NCBI GenBank assembly: GCA_947167515.1
Contig: CAMVIM010000009.1
Coordinates: 8,522 to 72,521 of the forward strand
Direction: 5' to 3'
Source of the DNA: an uncultured Prevotellaceae bacterium
Lineage (GTDB): Bacteria; Bacteroidota; Bacteroidia; Bacteroidales; Bacteroidaceae
DNA: 64,000 bases
In this document: one piece after another, positions 51,650 to 61,321 of the stretch
How positions within the stretch are numbered: the stretch's first letter is position 1
How the letters are laid out: each line of letters opens with the position of its first letter
Notes under the pieces: generated by a model
The model's input: the letters and a program-made list of their open reading frames with translations, nothing else
Told to the model about the DNA's origin: nothing
The model's database searches: none
Translations under genes and position numbers: made by a program

Positions 51650-52927
51650 TCATTTCACATAGAAGATAGGTTCATCGGTCTGTGGGTCTTCGGGGTAGAA
51701 GTGGGTGGCTGAGTCGTTGAGTTTGATGTGGTGGGTTTTCACGAGTTGGTAAATCTCTGCACCTGCCCAAAGGGTGGGGCCGTAGCCGTGGGCTGCGAAG
51801 TTGTTGACGGGACGGTAGGCGTAGAAGGCGGGGTCGAAGGCAAGGCCTGTGCCCACGCAGGTGCCCTCCACCTGACCTTGTGTGTTCACGTGCGCATTGA
51901 CGTAGTTCCATGCAAGGAGGGCTTGTGCGCCATAAGTTTCGGCATCGAGCCACCCCTTGTTGATGGCGTGGGCGATGCAGTAGCAGTAGATGGCGGTGCA
52001 GGACGTTTCGAGGTAGGTGTCGGGACGGTCGAGCAACTGATGCCAAGCTCCGTCGTGGTGCTGCAAGGGGAGCAGGCCGTCGAGGTGTTCCTTGAAGTAG
52101 CTGAGGATGAGTGCCGACTCCTTCACGTCTAAGAGTTCGCAAGCGGTCAAGAGTGCCCAACCGTTGGCGCGTCCCCAGAAGAACGAGGGGTGATGCTCTC
52201 CTGGCACCCATCCGTGGCGGTACAGGTGCTTCTCTGCCACCCACATCTTGTCGTGGAAGAGTTGGAACTGGCGTTGTGCCTTCTCCACCTCGTCGTGCCA
52301 AGCCAAAGCAGGGATACCCATGAACATGTCGTCGAGCCATACGGTGTTCTTCACGGGGCGCAGACGGGCAAAGGTGCCGTCTTTGTAACGATATTGCTTG
52401 TTGGCGATGAAGTCGTAGTAAGTGTCAATCCTGTCTTTCAACTTGGCATCCTTTGCTTTCAGCATGGCCGCACAAATGGCTCCGGCATCGTCGAGGGCTT
52501 CGGGCTTCACCACTTGGTGCATCAGCGGGTCAATTTCCTCACCTCGGTCGAGTCGTGCCTTAAAGTCGGGTGCAAGCTTTGCCAAGTATTCCATGCGGTC
52601 GATGGCGTAGCGGGTGTAGGAAGCGTCGCCTGTCACCTCACCAGCACGCAGCATGGCTGAGTAGGTGACACCCCACTCGTAGGAGGTGAGTCGGAAGGTG
52701 CCGCGTCGGAGCATCTTGCCCGTCTCGTCCAGCTGCATGAAGGTGGTGGCATCGAGGTAGTTCTTCACTCTGTCCATGGTGGCTTTCACGTCCTCTGCCT
52801 TAGGCACTCCGTAGGGAATCTTGTAGGCAGGTTTCATCAGGTGGAGCGGGGCGGTGGCATCGTTCTGCACTTCTTGGGCATAGCCGAGAATCGGCATGAG
52901 GGTGAGTAGGAAAAGAAATTTCTTCAT
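51650..52927 (-). CDS. GH88/GH105-family unsaturated (rhamno)galacturonyl/glucuronyl hydrolase
   Basis: 425 aa with a signal peptide. (alpha/alpha)6-type motifs: YEWGVTY, WLDDMFMG, FWGRANGW. Confidence 0.75.
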   Translation of the reverse strand: MKKFLFLLTLMPILGYAQEVQNDATAPLHLMKPAYKIPYGVPKAEDVKATMDRVKNYLDATTFMQLDETGKMLRRGTFRLTSYEWGVTYSAMLRAGEVTGDASYTRYAIDRMEYLAKLAPDFKARLDRGEEIDPLMHQVVKPEALDDAGAICAAMLKAKDAKLKDRIDTYYDFIANKQYRYKDGTFARLRPVKNTVWLDDMFMGIPALAWHDEVEKAQRQFQLFHDKMWVAEKHLYRHGWVPGEHHPSFFWGRANGWALLTACELLDVKESALILSYFKEHLDGLLPLQHHDGAWHQLLDRPDTYLETSCTAIYCYCIAHAINKGWLDAETYGAQALLAWNYVNAHVNTQGQVEGTCVGTGLAFDPAFYAYRPVNNFAAHGYGPTLWAGAEIYQLVKTHHIKLNDSATHFYPEDPQTDEPIFYVK

Positions 52928-52928
52928 A

Positions 52929-52955
52929 TTTCTTATTTGGTATTTGGCGTTTGTG
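52929..52955 (-). promoter_or_regulatory. Copy A of a recurring ~27-nt motif (minus strand: AAACGCCAAATACCAAATAAGAAAT), abutting the GH105 start codon
   Basis: The same motif, with 1-3 changes, occurs at 56029-56061 in the same orientation and at 55906-55935 inverted. Confidence 0.45.
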
Positions 52956-52961
52956 AGGCTG

Positions 52962-55814
52962 TCACTTGCTGATGGTTTCTTTCAGGAAGATGGCATCGAG
53001 TGTCCATGTGGCGCAATCGTTTGTCCAGATGGTTTGTTTGTTCGTGAGCGGCAAGTGGTTGAGCAGGTCGTTCCATGCTTGCTGTTTCAGCGATTCGTCA
53101 CCCAGTCGCCATCCTGCGTAGGCGGAGAGTCGGGGGATGAGGAAACGGTGCTTCTTGATGTTCCATGCCTTTTGTTTGTATTGGCGGTTGTGGTCGAGCC
53201 ATGCCTCGTAGAACTTCGGGTGTTCAATCATCGGCTCCAGTTCGTTGAGCATCTCGAAGCCGCCCATGATGGCCATGAGGTGGTTGGTGTCTTGCAGGGA
53301 GTCAAGGTCGGTGCTGATGATGCCTGTGGCAGGGTCGTAGCCGAGGGCGAGCGGGCCTTGGAAGAAGCCGTGAGGGAGGGAGGCGACGGAGGTCATGCCG
53401 GCCTTTAATTTTTGGAGGTATGGGAACTGCAGCGGTGTAGCGGTGTAGCAGTTTCTGCGTTCCCATTCGGTGAGCCAGTTGCTGGCATAAGCCATCCAAT
53501 CGGGGCCGATGCGCAGACGTGCAGGGGCGGTGCAGGGGTAGAGGTCGCGTGGCTGGGCGAGGCGCATGGGGTCTAAGGTATATAATAAGGTGTCGGCATC
53601 AGCCACTTCGTGCATGATGTCGCCTGTGCGCTCGTCGGCTGTGAGGTAGTAATAGAAACGGTTCCACCACGCTTCGCTCACACGTGCTTCCTTGGCTCCA
53701 CATCCCCAGTGGAGAACGTTGTGGCGGGTGCCTAAACCCGCATGCGGCCCCAGGTGGTAGGTGTCCACCTCGCTGCAATGGCGGGTCATCGCTTCTGCCA
53801 TGCGCCACATGGCGGGGTCGCCTGTGCGGAGGAACTGATACCATAGCATGGCAGGTGTGCCCAGTTCGGTGTTGTCCCATGCAAATCCGCCTACGTCGTA
53901 ACGCCACTCATTGCGTGAAGCATCGTAGGCATGCATCACGTCGCCATAGTTGAAGAAGCCATACCAGCCGTTGCGCTCAATTTCTGTCTGATAGAACTTC
54001 ATGATTTCCTGCAATTTGCCTTCGATGAGGCTGTCACGCTCTGTCTCAACGGTGGGAAGGCTCCAGATGCCGAAAGCACGTTTGCGGTGGAGGTATTCGG
54101 GGGTGGGGGCGAGGTGGTACTCCTCAGAACTGTTGATGAGGATGGTGCTGGTGCGCCCGATGCCCCATGCGGTGCTCATGTCTGGCTGCACATCCTCGTA
54201 GGAGGCTTCAAGCCCGTGGGGGATGGTGTCGTAGTGCTCAAACGAATAGGGTTCCGCTTCGGGCGAGTAAAGGCTGATGGTGACGGTGGCTGTGTCGCCT
54301 CGCATGCCGCTTGTCTGGAGGGTGGAGGGGTAGGATTGCCAAAAGTCTTTGAGGCGGAAAGAGACGTGGGAGGTGCTGTCGCCGAGGGTCACGATGCCTT
54401 CGGAACGATGTCCTTCCATTGTGCCTATCCAAGGCGATTCATGGGTGGCCCGTTTGCGGATGCTATAGCCGTTGGGCGAGAGTTGTGAGAGCCGGAAGTC
54501 GTCCCATTGGGCGATGTTTGCCAACACCATGCGCGTGATGGTGTCCATGCGCTGGAGGTCGATGGGACGGCGCGCGATGAGGGGCTGGACGGACATCTCC
54601 TTGTCGCCGAACGAGACAAAGCGTTCGTAGGGTTTTCCGTGCAGCGGCACTCGGAAATGGATGCTGAGTTCGTGTAGGCCGTCGTGGTTGAGGGCGCTAT
54701 CGACGAGGAGGGTGTGGACGAGCTTCGCCTCCCGTGCGCCAGCATACTGGTAGGTGCGGATGATGAAGTTGCGGCCGGTGTATTTGTGTACTTCGCGAGA
54801 GTGGATGCCGTTCTTGGCCTTTTCCTCCACCTCATGGGTGATAACCGAATCGATTCTTCCGTTTAGGGTCACGTGGAACGGCGGCATTTCGCCCAATGGC
54901 AGGGACGGGACATACCGAAGCCGAGTGCTTGGTTGCTTCAGCAGCAGCACGGAGTCGCACCCCTCGGGGATGAACGTGGAGAATGCTTGCCACTTGGCGC
55001 TGCCGTCGGGCCACGATGCCAGTCGCCATGTGTCGTACGAGCAATACTGATGGTCGCCAATCTGCAACTTGAAATCGTCGGTGGTCACTTCCCCCTGGTC
55101 GAATGGCACGCCGAAGGTGGCCCATCCATGCCCCTTCCCGCCTATCCATTTCAGCACCACGGGTTGGTCTTTCCCTTCGCTGGTGTAGCGGAAGTTTCTG
55201 AGTTGTGCCACGGCCATCGTGGTGCGGAATCCGAAGTACCCTTCGCGCAAGGGCTTCGGGTCAACATAATCCACCAGCAGTTCCCCGTCGATGTAGTAGC
55301 GTGCGTGTCCGTCCCTCTGCTCCAGGCGAATCTTGTACCATCGGTTGCCCTCCAGCAGATGCGCCTTGTCGGTGTATTCCTTCAAGACCTTCGGACGATA
55401 CGCCACGCTGTCTGTTCCCCGAGTGTCCCCCGTGTATCGGCGGAACCGCGTGGTCGTGTTCCAGTTGCCGCCAAAGCCAACGTAGTACGTCTGCAAGGCA
55501 TAATTATCGACGAATCGCCCTCCGTGCCCGCCGCATTGGTCGGCCATCCAGAAGCAGTTCATGTCGCTCACGCGCACATGCCCTTGTTCATCCTTGAAAC
55601 GCTTGTCGGCCACGATGCGGGCCTCATACTCCACCGCCACATTTCCCTCCATCTTCTGCTCGCACCAGAGCGTCAAGCCCTTCGGAGCCACGATGGTTGC
55701 TGTGCCCGACTTCCACACCACGCTCGATGCGGCATCCTCGGCCTCCACGCGCCACGTCTGCGCATGCACAACCATAGAAAACAACAACAATAATATGAAA
55801 AGAATGAACCTCAT
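52962..55814 (-). CDS. Large secreted protein with an N-terminal concanavalin/LamG-like domain and a ~700-aa uncharacterised (probably glycan-active) domain
   Basis: I prefer the start MRFILFILLLLFSMVVHAQ at 55814, because the TAacTTTG box covers the upstream ATG. The gene lies 34 nt upstream of GH105 on the same strand. Confidence 0.6.
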   Translation of the reverse strand: MRFILFILLLLFSMVVHAQTWRVEAEDAASSVVWKSGTATIVAPKGLTLWCEQKMEGNVAVEYEARIVADKRFKDEQGHVRVSDMNCFWMADQCGGHGGRFVDNYALQTYYVGFGGNWNTTTRFRRYTGDTRGTDSVAYRPKVLKEYTDKAHLLEGNRWYKIRLEQRDGHARYYIDGELLVDYVDPKPLREGYFGFRTTMAVAQLRNFRYTSEGKDQPVVLKWIGGKGHGWATFGVPFDQGEVTTDDFKLQIGDHQYCSYDTWRLASWPDGSAKWQAFSTFIPEGCDSVLLLKQPSTRLRYVPSLPLGEMPPFHVTLNGRIDSVITHEVEEKAKNGIHSREVHKYTGRNFIIRTYQYAGAREAKLVHTLLVDSALNHDGLHELSIHFRVPLHGKPYERFVSFGDKEMSVQPLIARRPIDLQRMDTITRMVLANIAQWDDFRLSQLSPNGYSIRKRATHESPWIGTMEGHRSEGIVTLGDSTSHVSFRLKDFWQSYPSTLQTSGMRGDTATVTISLYSPEAEPYSFEHYDTIPHGLEASYEDVQPDMSTAWGIGRTSTILINSSEEYHLAPTPEYLHRKRAFGIWSLPTVETERDSLIEGKLQEIMKFYQTEIERNGWYGFFNYGDVMHAYDASRNEWRYDVGGFAWDNTELGTPAMLWYQFLRTGDPAMWRMAEAMTRHCSEVDTYHLGPHAGLGTRHNVLHWGCGAKEARVSEAWWNRFYYYLTADERTGDIMHEVADADTLLYTLDPMRLAQPRDLYPCTAPARLRIGPDWMAYASNWLTEWERRNCYTATPLQFPYLQKLKAGMTSVASLPHGFFQGPLALGYDPATGIISTDLDSLQDTNHLMAIMGGFEMLNELEPMIEHPKFYEAWLDHNRQYKQKAWNIKKHRFLIPRLSAYAGWRLGDESLKQQAWNDLLNHLPLTNKQTIWTNDCATWTLDAIFLKETISK

Positions 55815-55836
55815 GCAGCCTTCTTGTTTATACATG

Positions 55837-55844
55837 CAAAGTTA
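55837..55844 (-). promoter_or_regulatory. -7 promoter box (TAacTTTG on the minus strand)
   Basis: caaagtta on the plus strand, about 23 nt upstream of the ATG at 55814. Confidence 0.45.
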
Positions 55845-55905
55845 CGAAAAATAATCCAAACCTCCAACTGTCTGGCCGATATTTTTACGTAAAAATAAGC
55901 GTCCA

Positions 55906-56061
55906 AAAACGCCAAACGCCAAATGCCAAATAAGCGTGAAGGGGTGGTTGTTGTATATTATATAGTTCCTATCCATTTACTTCTATCCCTATTAATATTA
56001 AATATATATATATAAGGGCGCATTTTTCCTTATTTCTTATTTGGCATTTGACGTTTGGCAC
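55906..56061. repeat. Inverted pair of the CCAAACG[CT]CAAATGCCAAATAAG motif flanking ~95 bp of AT-rich DNA
   Basis: 55912-55935 gccaaacgccaaatgccaaataag matches the reverse complement of 56038-56061 (cttatttggcatttgacgtttggc) with one mismatch. Confidence 0.65.
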
Positions 56062-56294
56062 TTCTCCCCTCCATAACGTCCACAACGCCCTCGCCTCCAC
56101 AACCCAAATTACCCCTGCGCCGCTACCGTAATTACGCCTACGTCGCTACCGTAATTACCTCTGTGGAGGGGGTGATGTTGCGATGATGAAGAAAAAACGC
56201 AACTAAGGATGACGGAGGAACGGACGTGGGAGAAATGAAATGGGGGTAAACACATTTTTTTCTTGTTTTGTTTGTAGGGTTTCCGACTTTTTTG

Positions 56295-56302
56295 TATCTT
56301 TG
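56295..56302 (+). promoter_or_regulatory. -7 promoter box (TAtcTTTG) for ilvE
   Basis: tatctttg lies about 40 nt upstream of the ATG at 56342. Confidence 0.5.
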
Positions 56303-56341
56303 CAACACAAAACGCAACAACAACAAAACAACAAGAAAGAT

Positions 56342-57364
56342 ATGGAACAAATGGATTGGTCGAACTTGGGTTTCGGCTATCGCAAGACAGATTACAACGT
56401 GCGCTGTTACTACCGTGACGGCAAGTGGGGCGAGATAGAAGTGTGCTCCGAAGAGACGATTCCACTCCACATGGCAGCCACCTGCCTGCACTACGGACAG
56501 GAGGCTTTTGAGGGATTGAAGGCTTATCGTTGCCCAGACGGCAAGGTGCGCGTGTTCCGCTCGGACGAGAATGCAGCACGTCTGCAGAGCACTTGCCGCG
56601 GCATTCTGATGCCCGAACTGCCTACGGAGAAGTTTAACGAGATGGTGGACAAGGTGGTGCGCCTGAACGAGAGGTTCATCCCACCCTACGAGACTGGTGC
56701 CACGCTCTACATCCGTCCGCTGCTCATCGGTACGAGCGCACAGGTGGGTGTGCATCCTTCTCAGGAGTATCTGTTCATGATTTTCGTCACTCCGGTAGGT
56801 CCTTACTTCAAGGGCGGCTTCTCGTGCAACGACTACGTCATCATCCGCGAGTATGACCGTTCGGCTCCTCTCGGCACAGGCATCTACAAGGTGGGTGGCA
56901 ACTACGCTGCATCGCTGCGTGCCAACAAGATGGCGCACGACCTCGGCTATGCCTGCGAGTTCTACCTCGACGCCAAGGAGAAGAAGTACATGGACGAGTG
57001 TGGTGCTGCCAATTTCTTCGGCATCAAGAACAACACCTACGTGACTCCGAAATCGACTTCCATCCTCCCCTCCATCACCAACAAGTCGCTCATGCAGTTG
57101 GCTGAAGACCTCGGCTTGAAGGTGGAACGCCGTCAGATTCCAGAGGACGAACTGGCCACGTTTGAGGAGGCTGGTGCATGCGGCACAGCTGCCGTCATCT
57201 CGCCCATCGGCAAGATTGACGACCTTGAGGAGAAGAAGTCCTTCCAAATCTCGAAGGACGGCAAACCGGGTCCTATCTCCGAGAAGCTGTACAACAAGCT
57301 GCGTGGCATCCAGTATGGCACAGAACCTGATGTGCACGGATGGACACGTGTGGTGATTGAATAA
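56342..57364 (+). CDS. ilvE: Branched-chain amino acid aminotransferase
   Basis: I prefer the start MEQMDWSNLGFGY at 56342. Class IV aminotransferase pattern (YGQEAFEGLKAY, YIRPL, GGNYAASL). Confidence 0.9.
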   Translation: MEQMDWSNLGFGYRKTDYNVRCYYRDGKWGEIEVCSEETIPLHMAATCLHYGQEAFEGLKAYRCPDGKVRVFRSDENAARLQSTCRGILMPELPTEKFNEMVDKVVRLNERFIPPYETGATLYIRPLLIGTSAQVGVHPSQEYLFMIFVTPVGPYFKGGFSCNDYVIIREYDRSAPLGTGIYKVGGNYAASLRANKMAHDLGYACEFYLDAKEKKYMDECGAANFFGIKNNTYVTPKSTSILPSITNKSLMQLAEDLGLKVERRQIPEDELATFEEAGACGTAAVISPIGKIDDLEEKKSFQISKDGKPGPISEKLYNKLRGIQYGTEPDVHGWTRVVIE

Positions 57365-57425
57365 ATAGCCCATGCGCTGGGCGTATGTCAAAAACTAATA
57401 GTTCAAAACTAATAACTAATCAACT

Positions 57426-58346
57426 ATGAAACCAACTCTTTTCCTCCTTGCTGCGGGAATGGGCAGCCGCTACGGTGGCTTGAAGCAGCTTGACGGTCTT
57501 GGACCTAACGGTGAAACCATCATGGATTACTCCATCTACGACGCTGTGAAGGCAGGCTTCGGCAAAATCGTGTGGGTGATTCGTAAGGATTTCGAGGAGC
57601 AGTTCCGCACACAGATTCTCTCCAAGTATGAGGGTGTGGTGCCTTGCGAACTCTGCTTCCAGAGCCTCGACAGCCTTCCTGAGGGCTTCAAGTGCCCAGA
57701 AGGACGTGTAAAACCTTGGGGTACGAACCACGCCGTGCTGATGGGTAAGGACGTGATTAAGGAGCCATTCGCTGTCATCAACTGCGACGACTTCTATGGC
57801 CGCGATGCCTTCATGTCCATCGGCAAGTTCCTGAGCAACTTGCCCGAAGGCTCGAAGAACAAGTATGCAATGGTGGGCTTCCGCTGCTGCAACACACTCT
57901 CTGAGAACGGTTCTGTGGCTCGTGGCGTGTGCATGTACGACGACAACCGTCACCTCGTGGATGTGGTGGAGCGCACCGAAATCATGCGTCAGGCAGACAA
58001 GGGCAACGCCATCTGCTACAAGGACGAGCAGGGCGAGTGGATTCCTCTGGAGGAGAACGTGCCTGTATCGATGAACATGTGGGGCTTCACTCCCGACTAC
58101 TTCGAGTACAGCGAAGAGTACTTCAAGGAGTTCCTCAGCGACCCCAAGAACATGGAAAACCTGAAGGCCGAGTTCTTCATCCCATTGATGGTGAACAAGC
58201 TCATCAACGAGGGCACCGCATCTGTGGAAGTGCTCGACACCACCTCCGTTTGGTTCGGCGTGACCTATGCTGCCGACCGCGAGGCAACAGTTGAACGCAT
58301 CGCCAAGCTTGTGGCTGACGGTGTGTATCCCAACAAGCTGTTCTAA
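57426..58346 (+). CDS. Sugar-phosphate nucleotidyltransferase-family protein
   Basis: N-terminal LAAGMGSRYGGLKQ (GxGxR signature) and a DDFY acidic motif. Confidence 0.7.
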   Translation: MKPTLFLLAAGMGSRYGGLKQLDGLGPNGETIMDYSIYDAVKAGFGKIVWVIRKDFEEQFRTQILSKYEGVVPCELCFQSLDSLPEGFKCPEGRVKPWGTNHAVLMGKDVIKEPFAVINCDDFYGRDAFMSIGKFLSNLPEGSKNKYAMVGFRCCNTLSENGSVARGVCMYDDNRHLVDVVERTEIMRQADKGNAICYKDEQGEWIPLEENVPVSMNMWGFTPDYFEYSEEYFKEFLSDPKNMENLKAEFFIPLMVNKLINEGTASVEVLDTTSVWFGVTYAADREATVERIAKLVADGVYPNKLF

Positions 58347-58488
58347 GCAGAAAACAGAAGGAATTGTTATAACTGATTTATATAACTGAATGTGATAAAA
58401 AGCCCTTGTGCAACGATTGCATGGGGGCTTTTTGTGTGGAAGTGTCTAAAAAGTGGCTGATTTCTTGTGCTGAATGTGAAGGTTTTTG

Positions 58489-58496
58489 TACATTTG
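58489..58496 (+). promoter_or_regulatory. -7 promoter box (TAcaTTTG) for rfbA
   Basis: tacatttg lies about 28 nt upstream of the ATG at 58524. Confidence 0.5.
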
Positions 58497-58523
58497 CATC
58501 ATCAAATAAAAGAACGATAGCTT

Positions 58524-59417
58524 ATGAAAGGAATAGTTTTGGCTGGCGGTTCGGGTACACGGCTTTACCCCATCACCAAGGGTGTGAGCAAGCAGCTCAT
58601 CCCCATCTTCGACAAGCCGATGGTGTATTACCCCATCTCTGTGCTGATGCTGGCAGGCATCCGCGACATCCTCATCATCTCCACTCCGTATGATTTGCCA
58701 GGTTTCAAGCGTCTGTTGGGCGATGGCAGCGACTACGGAGTTCACTTCGAGTATGCCGAGCAACCTTCACCCGACGGATTGGCACAGGCGTTCATCATCG
58801 GCGAGAAGTTTGTGGGCAACGATGATGTGTGCCTTGTGTTGGGCGACAACATCTTCCATGGCCGCGGTTTCTCAGGCATGCTCAAGGAGTGTGTGGAGAA
58901 CGCCAAACAGGGCAAGGCAAGCGTCTTCGGCTATTGGGTGCAAGACCCTGAACGTTACGGCGTGGCAGAGTTTGACAAGGAGGGCAACTGCCTCTCCATC
59001 GAAGAGAAGCCCAAGCAACCCAAGAGCAACTATGCCGTGGTGGGCCTCTACTTCTATCCCAACAAGGTGGTCGAAGTGGCAAAGAACATCAAACCCTCTC
59101 CACGTGGCGAGCTGGAAATCACCACGGTGAATCAGGAATTCCTCAACGAGAAGAACCTCAAGGTGCAACTCTTGGGACGTGGTTTCGCATGGCTCGACAC
59201 AGGCACCCACGACTCACTCTCCGAGGCATCCACCTTCATCGAGGTGCTGGAGAAGCGCACAGGCCTTAAGATTGCCTGCTTGGAAGGCATCGCCTACCGT
59301 CAGGGCTGGATAACGGCCGAGAAGCTGCGCGAGCTGGCACAACCGATGATCAAGAACCAGTATGGGCAATATCTGCTGAAACTGGCCGACACGAAGTACT
59401 TTGGCGAAGTGAAGTAA
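58524..59417 (+). CDS. rfbA: Glucose-1-phosphate thymidylyltransferase
   Basis: 297 aa with the motifs [29 protein letters not shown] and [10 protein letters not shown]. Confidence 0.95.
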   Translation: MKGIVLAGGSGTRLYPITKGVSKQLIPIFDKPMVYYPISVLMLAGIRDILIISTPYDLPGFKRLLGDGSDYGVHFEYAEQPSPDGLAQAFIIGEKFVGNDDVCLVLGDNIFHGRGFSGMLKECVENAKQGKASVFGYWVQDPERYGVAEFDKEGNCLSIEEKPKQPKSNYAVVGLYFYPNKVVEVAKNIKPSPRGELEITTVNQEFLNEKNLKVQLLGRGFAWLDTGTHDSLSEASTFIEVLEKRTGLKIACLEGIAYRQGWITAEKLRELAQPMIKNQYGQYLLKLADTKYFGEVK

Positions 59418-59487
59418 TAGAAAAGGCTGCAAGTCGCTGAGGTGGTGGCTTCCAGCAAATCTTTGAATAAGGAATATTTAAAATCAC

Positions 59488-60444
59488 ATGACGATGAATG
59501 GTTTAAGTCTTGTTAGCTTGGGTGCATTGCTGCTGGCAACCTGCATCGGAAACAAAAGTGCGGCAACAGAGGTCACAGGTGAGAACGGCGCGGATATGGT
59601 GGCTGCCGATGTGGCTGCGGAGGCGACACCCGACACGCTGGTGTTCGAAATGGTGGAGTGCCGCGATTCCATAGAGTATAAGGTGAAGGTGGTGGATTAT
59701 AGCAGCGATGAAGAACCTGCTCCCTACACGGTGGAAAAGGTGGCCGACACGTGGGAGGTGAATACGCTCATAGCGGTGAATGGTCCTGCAGAGGCGGCGA
59801 AATTCGTCAACCAGTGGCTGCTGATTGATGTTGCAGGTGGCGATTCCTATAGTGTCCACACGGCTGACGAGGTGGCACAGGCGTATGAGAATCTGACGAA
59901 GACGATGGGCGTGACGGATGTACGTTCGGTTTTGGCAAAGAAGAAAAACGCTACTGACGCAGATGCTGCCTCGGAGAATGAGGGCGAGATGATGGAGATT
60001 GCCTTTAAGTCGGCCAACGAGTTTAGTTCGTCCACCACGGTGATGTGGCAGAAGAAGAATCTGCTTACGCTGTGGAATTCTGGCTACGATTATGCAGCAG
60101 GTGCGGCTCACGGAATGCCGTGGGGAGTTGGCAAGACGTTCGACCTGAAAAACCTGCGCATCCTCACTTTAGACGACATCATCCTGCCTGAAGGCAAGAA
60201 TGCCGTGCTTAAGATACTGATCGCCCAACTGAAAAAGGAGTATGCCGATGTGTGGGACATGGCTACACAAGCCGTAGATTTCCCCAGTTCAGACCCCTCG
60301 CTGGATGGTGACGGTGTGCGCTTTGACTATGGAGCTTACGAGATAGGTGCCTACGCGATGGGAATGCCTGGCGTCGTGGTTCCTTATAAAAAAATCCAGA
60401 AGTATCTCACACCAGAGGTGAAGATACTGCTGGAATTGAAGTAG
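59488..60444 (+). CDS. Lipoprotein with a DUF3298/DUF4163-like (RsiV/PdaC-type) domain
   Basis: Lipobox LLATC. C-terminal pattern YDYAAGAAHGMPWGVGKTFDL...FDYGAYEIGAYAMG. Confidence 0.6.
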   Translation: MTMNGLSLVSLGALLLATCIGNKSAATEVTGENGADMVAADVAAEATPDTLVFEMVECRDSIEYKVKVVDYSSDEEPAPYTVEKVADTWEVNTLIAVNGPAEAAKFVNQWLLIDVAGGDSYSVHTADEVAQAYENLTKTMGVTDVRSVLAKKKNATDADAASENEGEMMEIAFKSANEFSSSTTVMWQKKNLLTLWNSGYDYAAGAAHGMPWGVGKTFDLKNLRILTLDDIILPEGKNAVLKILIAQLKKEYADVWDMATQAVDFPSSDPSLDGDGVRFDYGAYEIGAYAMGMPGVVVPYKKIQKYLTPEVKILLELK

Positions 60445-60463
60445 ATGTTCTCTTTTGTATTGG

Positions 60464-61144
60464 TTACTGCCCTGAATCGGCATTTTCGGCAAAACGGTTG
60501 AAAATGCGGATGGGGCGCATATCTTCAGGAAGTGGTTTGAGGGTACTGTCAGGAAGGACAATAGCCGTGGTGTCGGCTGTTGTGCCGTTCTGACGTGCAT
60601 TGGCATAGTAGTAATCGTAGTCGTTATAGTAGGGATTTGTGATTCCATCCACCCAATAGAGAATGGTGAACCCTTTGTCGGCGTAGAGCGCAGCATAGTC
60701 ATACCACTTGTAGTACTTCCACACCTTGTAGAGGTCGAACGGAGTGCCATGAATCTCCCCCGTGAAGTGATCCTTCTTCAGTTCATAATCATATCTGCTG
60801 ATGTAGGCATCGAGGGCGTGGTTTGCAGGATAGGTGATGAGGATGCGCTTGTTGTCCACCCTCCAATCAAAGTAGAAGCTCAACTGGGAGTATGGTCCAT
60901 CCTCATAGTAGTCCATTTGGTAGCCCGTGCCGAAGGTCTCGAAGTCGTCGGCGGGATAAAACTCCACGATGGAGTAGCTTGCGTCGTGGTCGTAGCCATA
61001 TCTGTCAGTGTATGACATGCCCCAGTTGCCCTTCCATCCGCCAGCCAGACGGTTGGCGATTTTCTCGTCCTTGCTGCATGAACTGAACGCCATGCTGAGA
61101 ATGAACATGGTCAGCAGGGTTGAAAGTGTAGTTGCTCTTTTCAT
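60464..61144 (-). CDS. Hypothetical lipoprotein (Tyr/Trp/Asp-rich)
   Basis: I prefer the start MKRATTLSTLLTMFILSMAFSSC at 61144, downstream of the TAacTTTG box at 61187-61194. Confidence 0.6.
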   Translation of the reverse strand: MKRATTLSTLLTMFILSMAFSSCSKDEKIANRLAGGWKGNWGMSYTDRYGYDHDASYSIVEFYPADDFETFGTGYQMDYYEDGPYSQLSFYFDWRVDNKRILITYPANHALDAYISRYDYELKKDHFTGEIHGTPFDLYKVWKYYKWYDYAALYADKGFTILYWVDGITNPYYNDYDYYYANARQNGTTADTTAIVLPDSTLKPLPEDMRPIRIFNRFAENADSGQ

Positions 61145-61321
61145 ATTCTGGTCTGTATTAAAGTGAATGGTTTTATGTTTCTGTGGCAAAGTTACGACAA
61201 TAAAACGTGATGGTGAAAGAAAAATTGCTATTATTTATAGGGGAAAGTCTCTTTTGCCGTAGGAAATGCTCTTTTTCTCTGATTTCGGTTGAAGGTATTC
61301 CTTCCCTTGTGTGGATGACAA

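Noticed and set aside
51672-52340. 222-aa Arg/Pro-rich ORF in an alternative frame of the GH105 gene
   Set aside because: It is an off-frame reading of a well-supported gene.
55906-56061. Invertible promoter (phase-variation switch)
   Set aside because: The inverted repeats are convincing. However, the enclosed ~95 bp contain no TAnnTTTG box in either orientation, the segment is shorter than typical Bacteroidales invertons, and no recombinase gene is nearby. I kept it only as a repeated motif.
56138-57391. 417-aa ORF on the minus strand
   Set aside because: It is antisense to ilvE, which has clear family motifs and a promoter. It is a shadow ORF.
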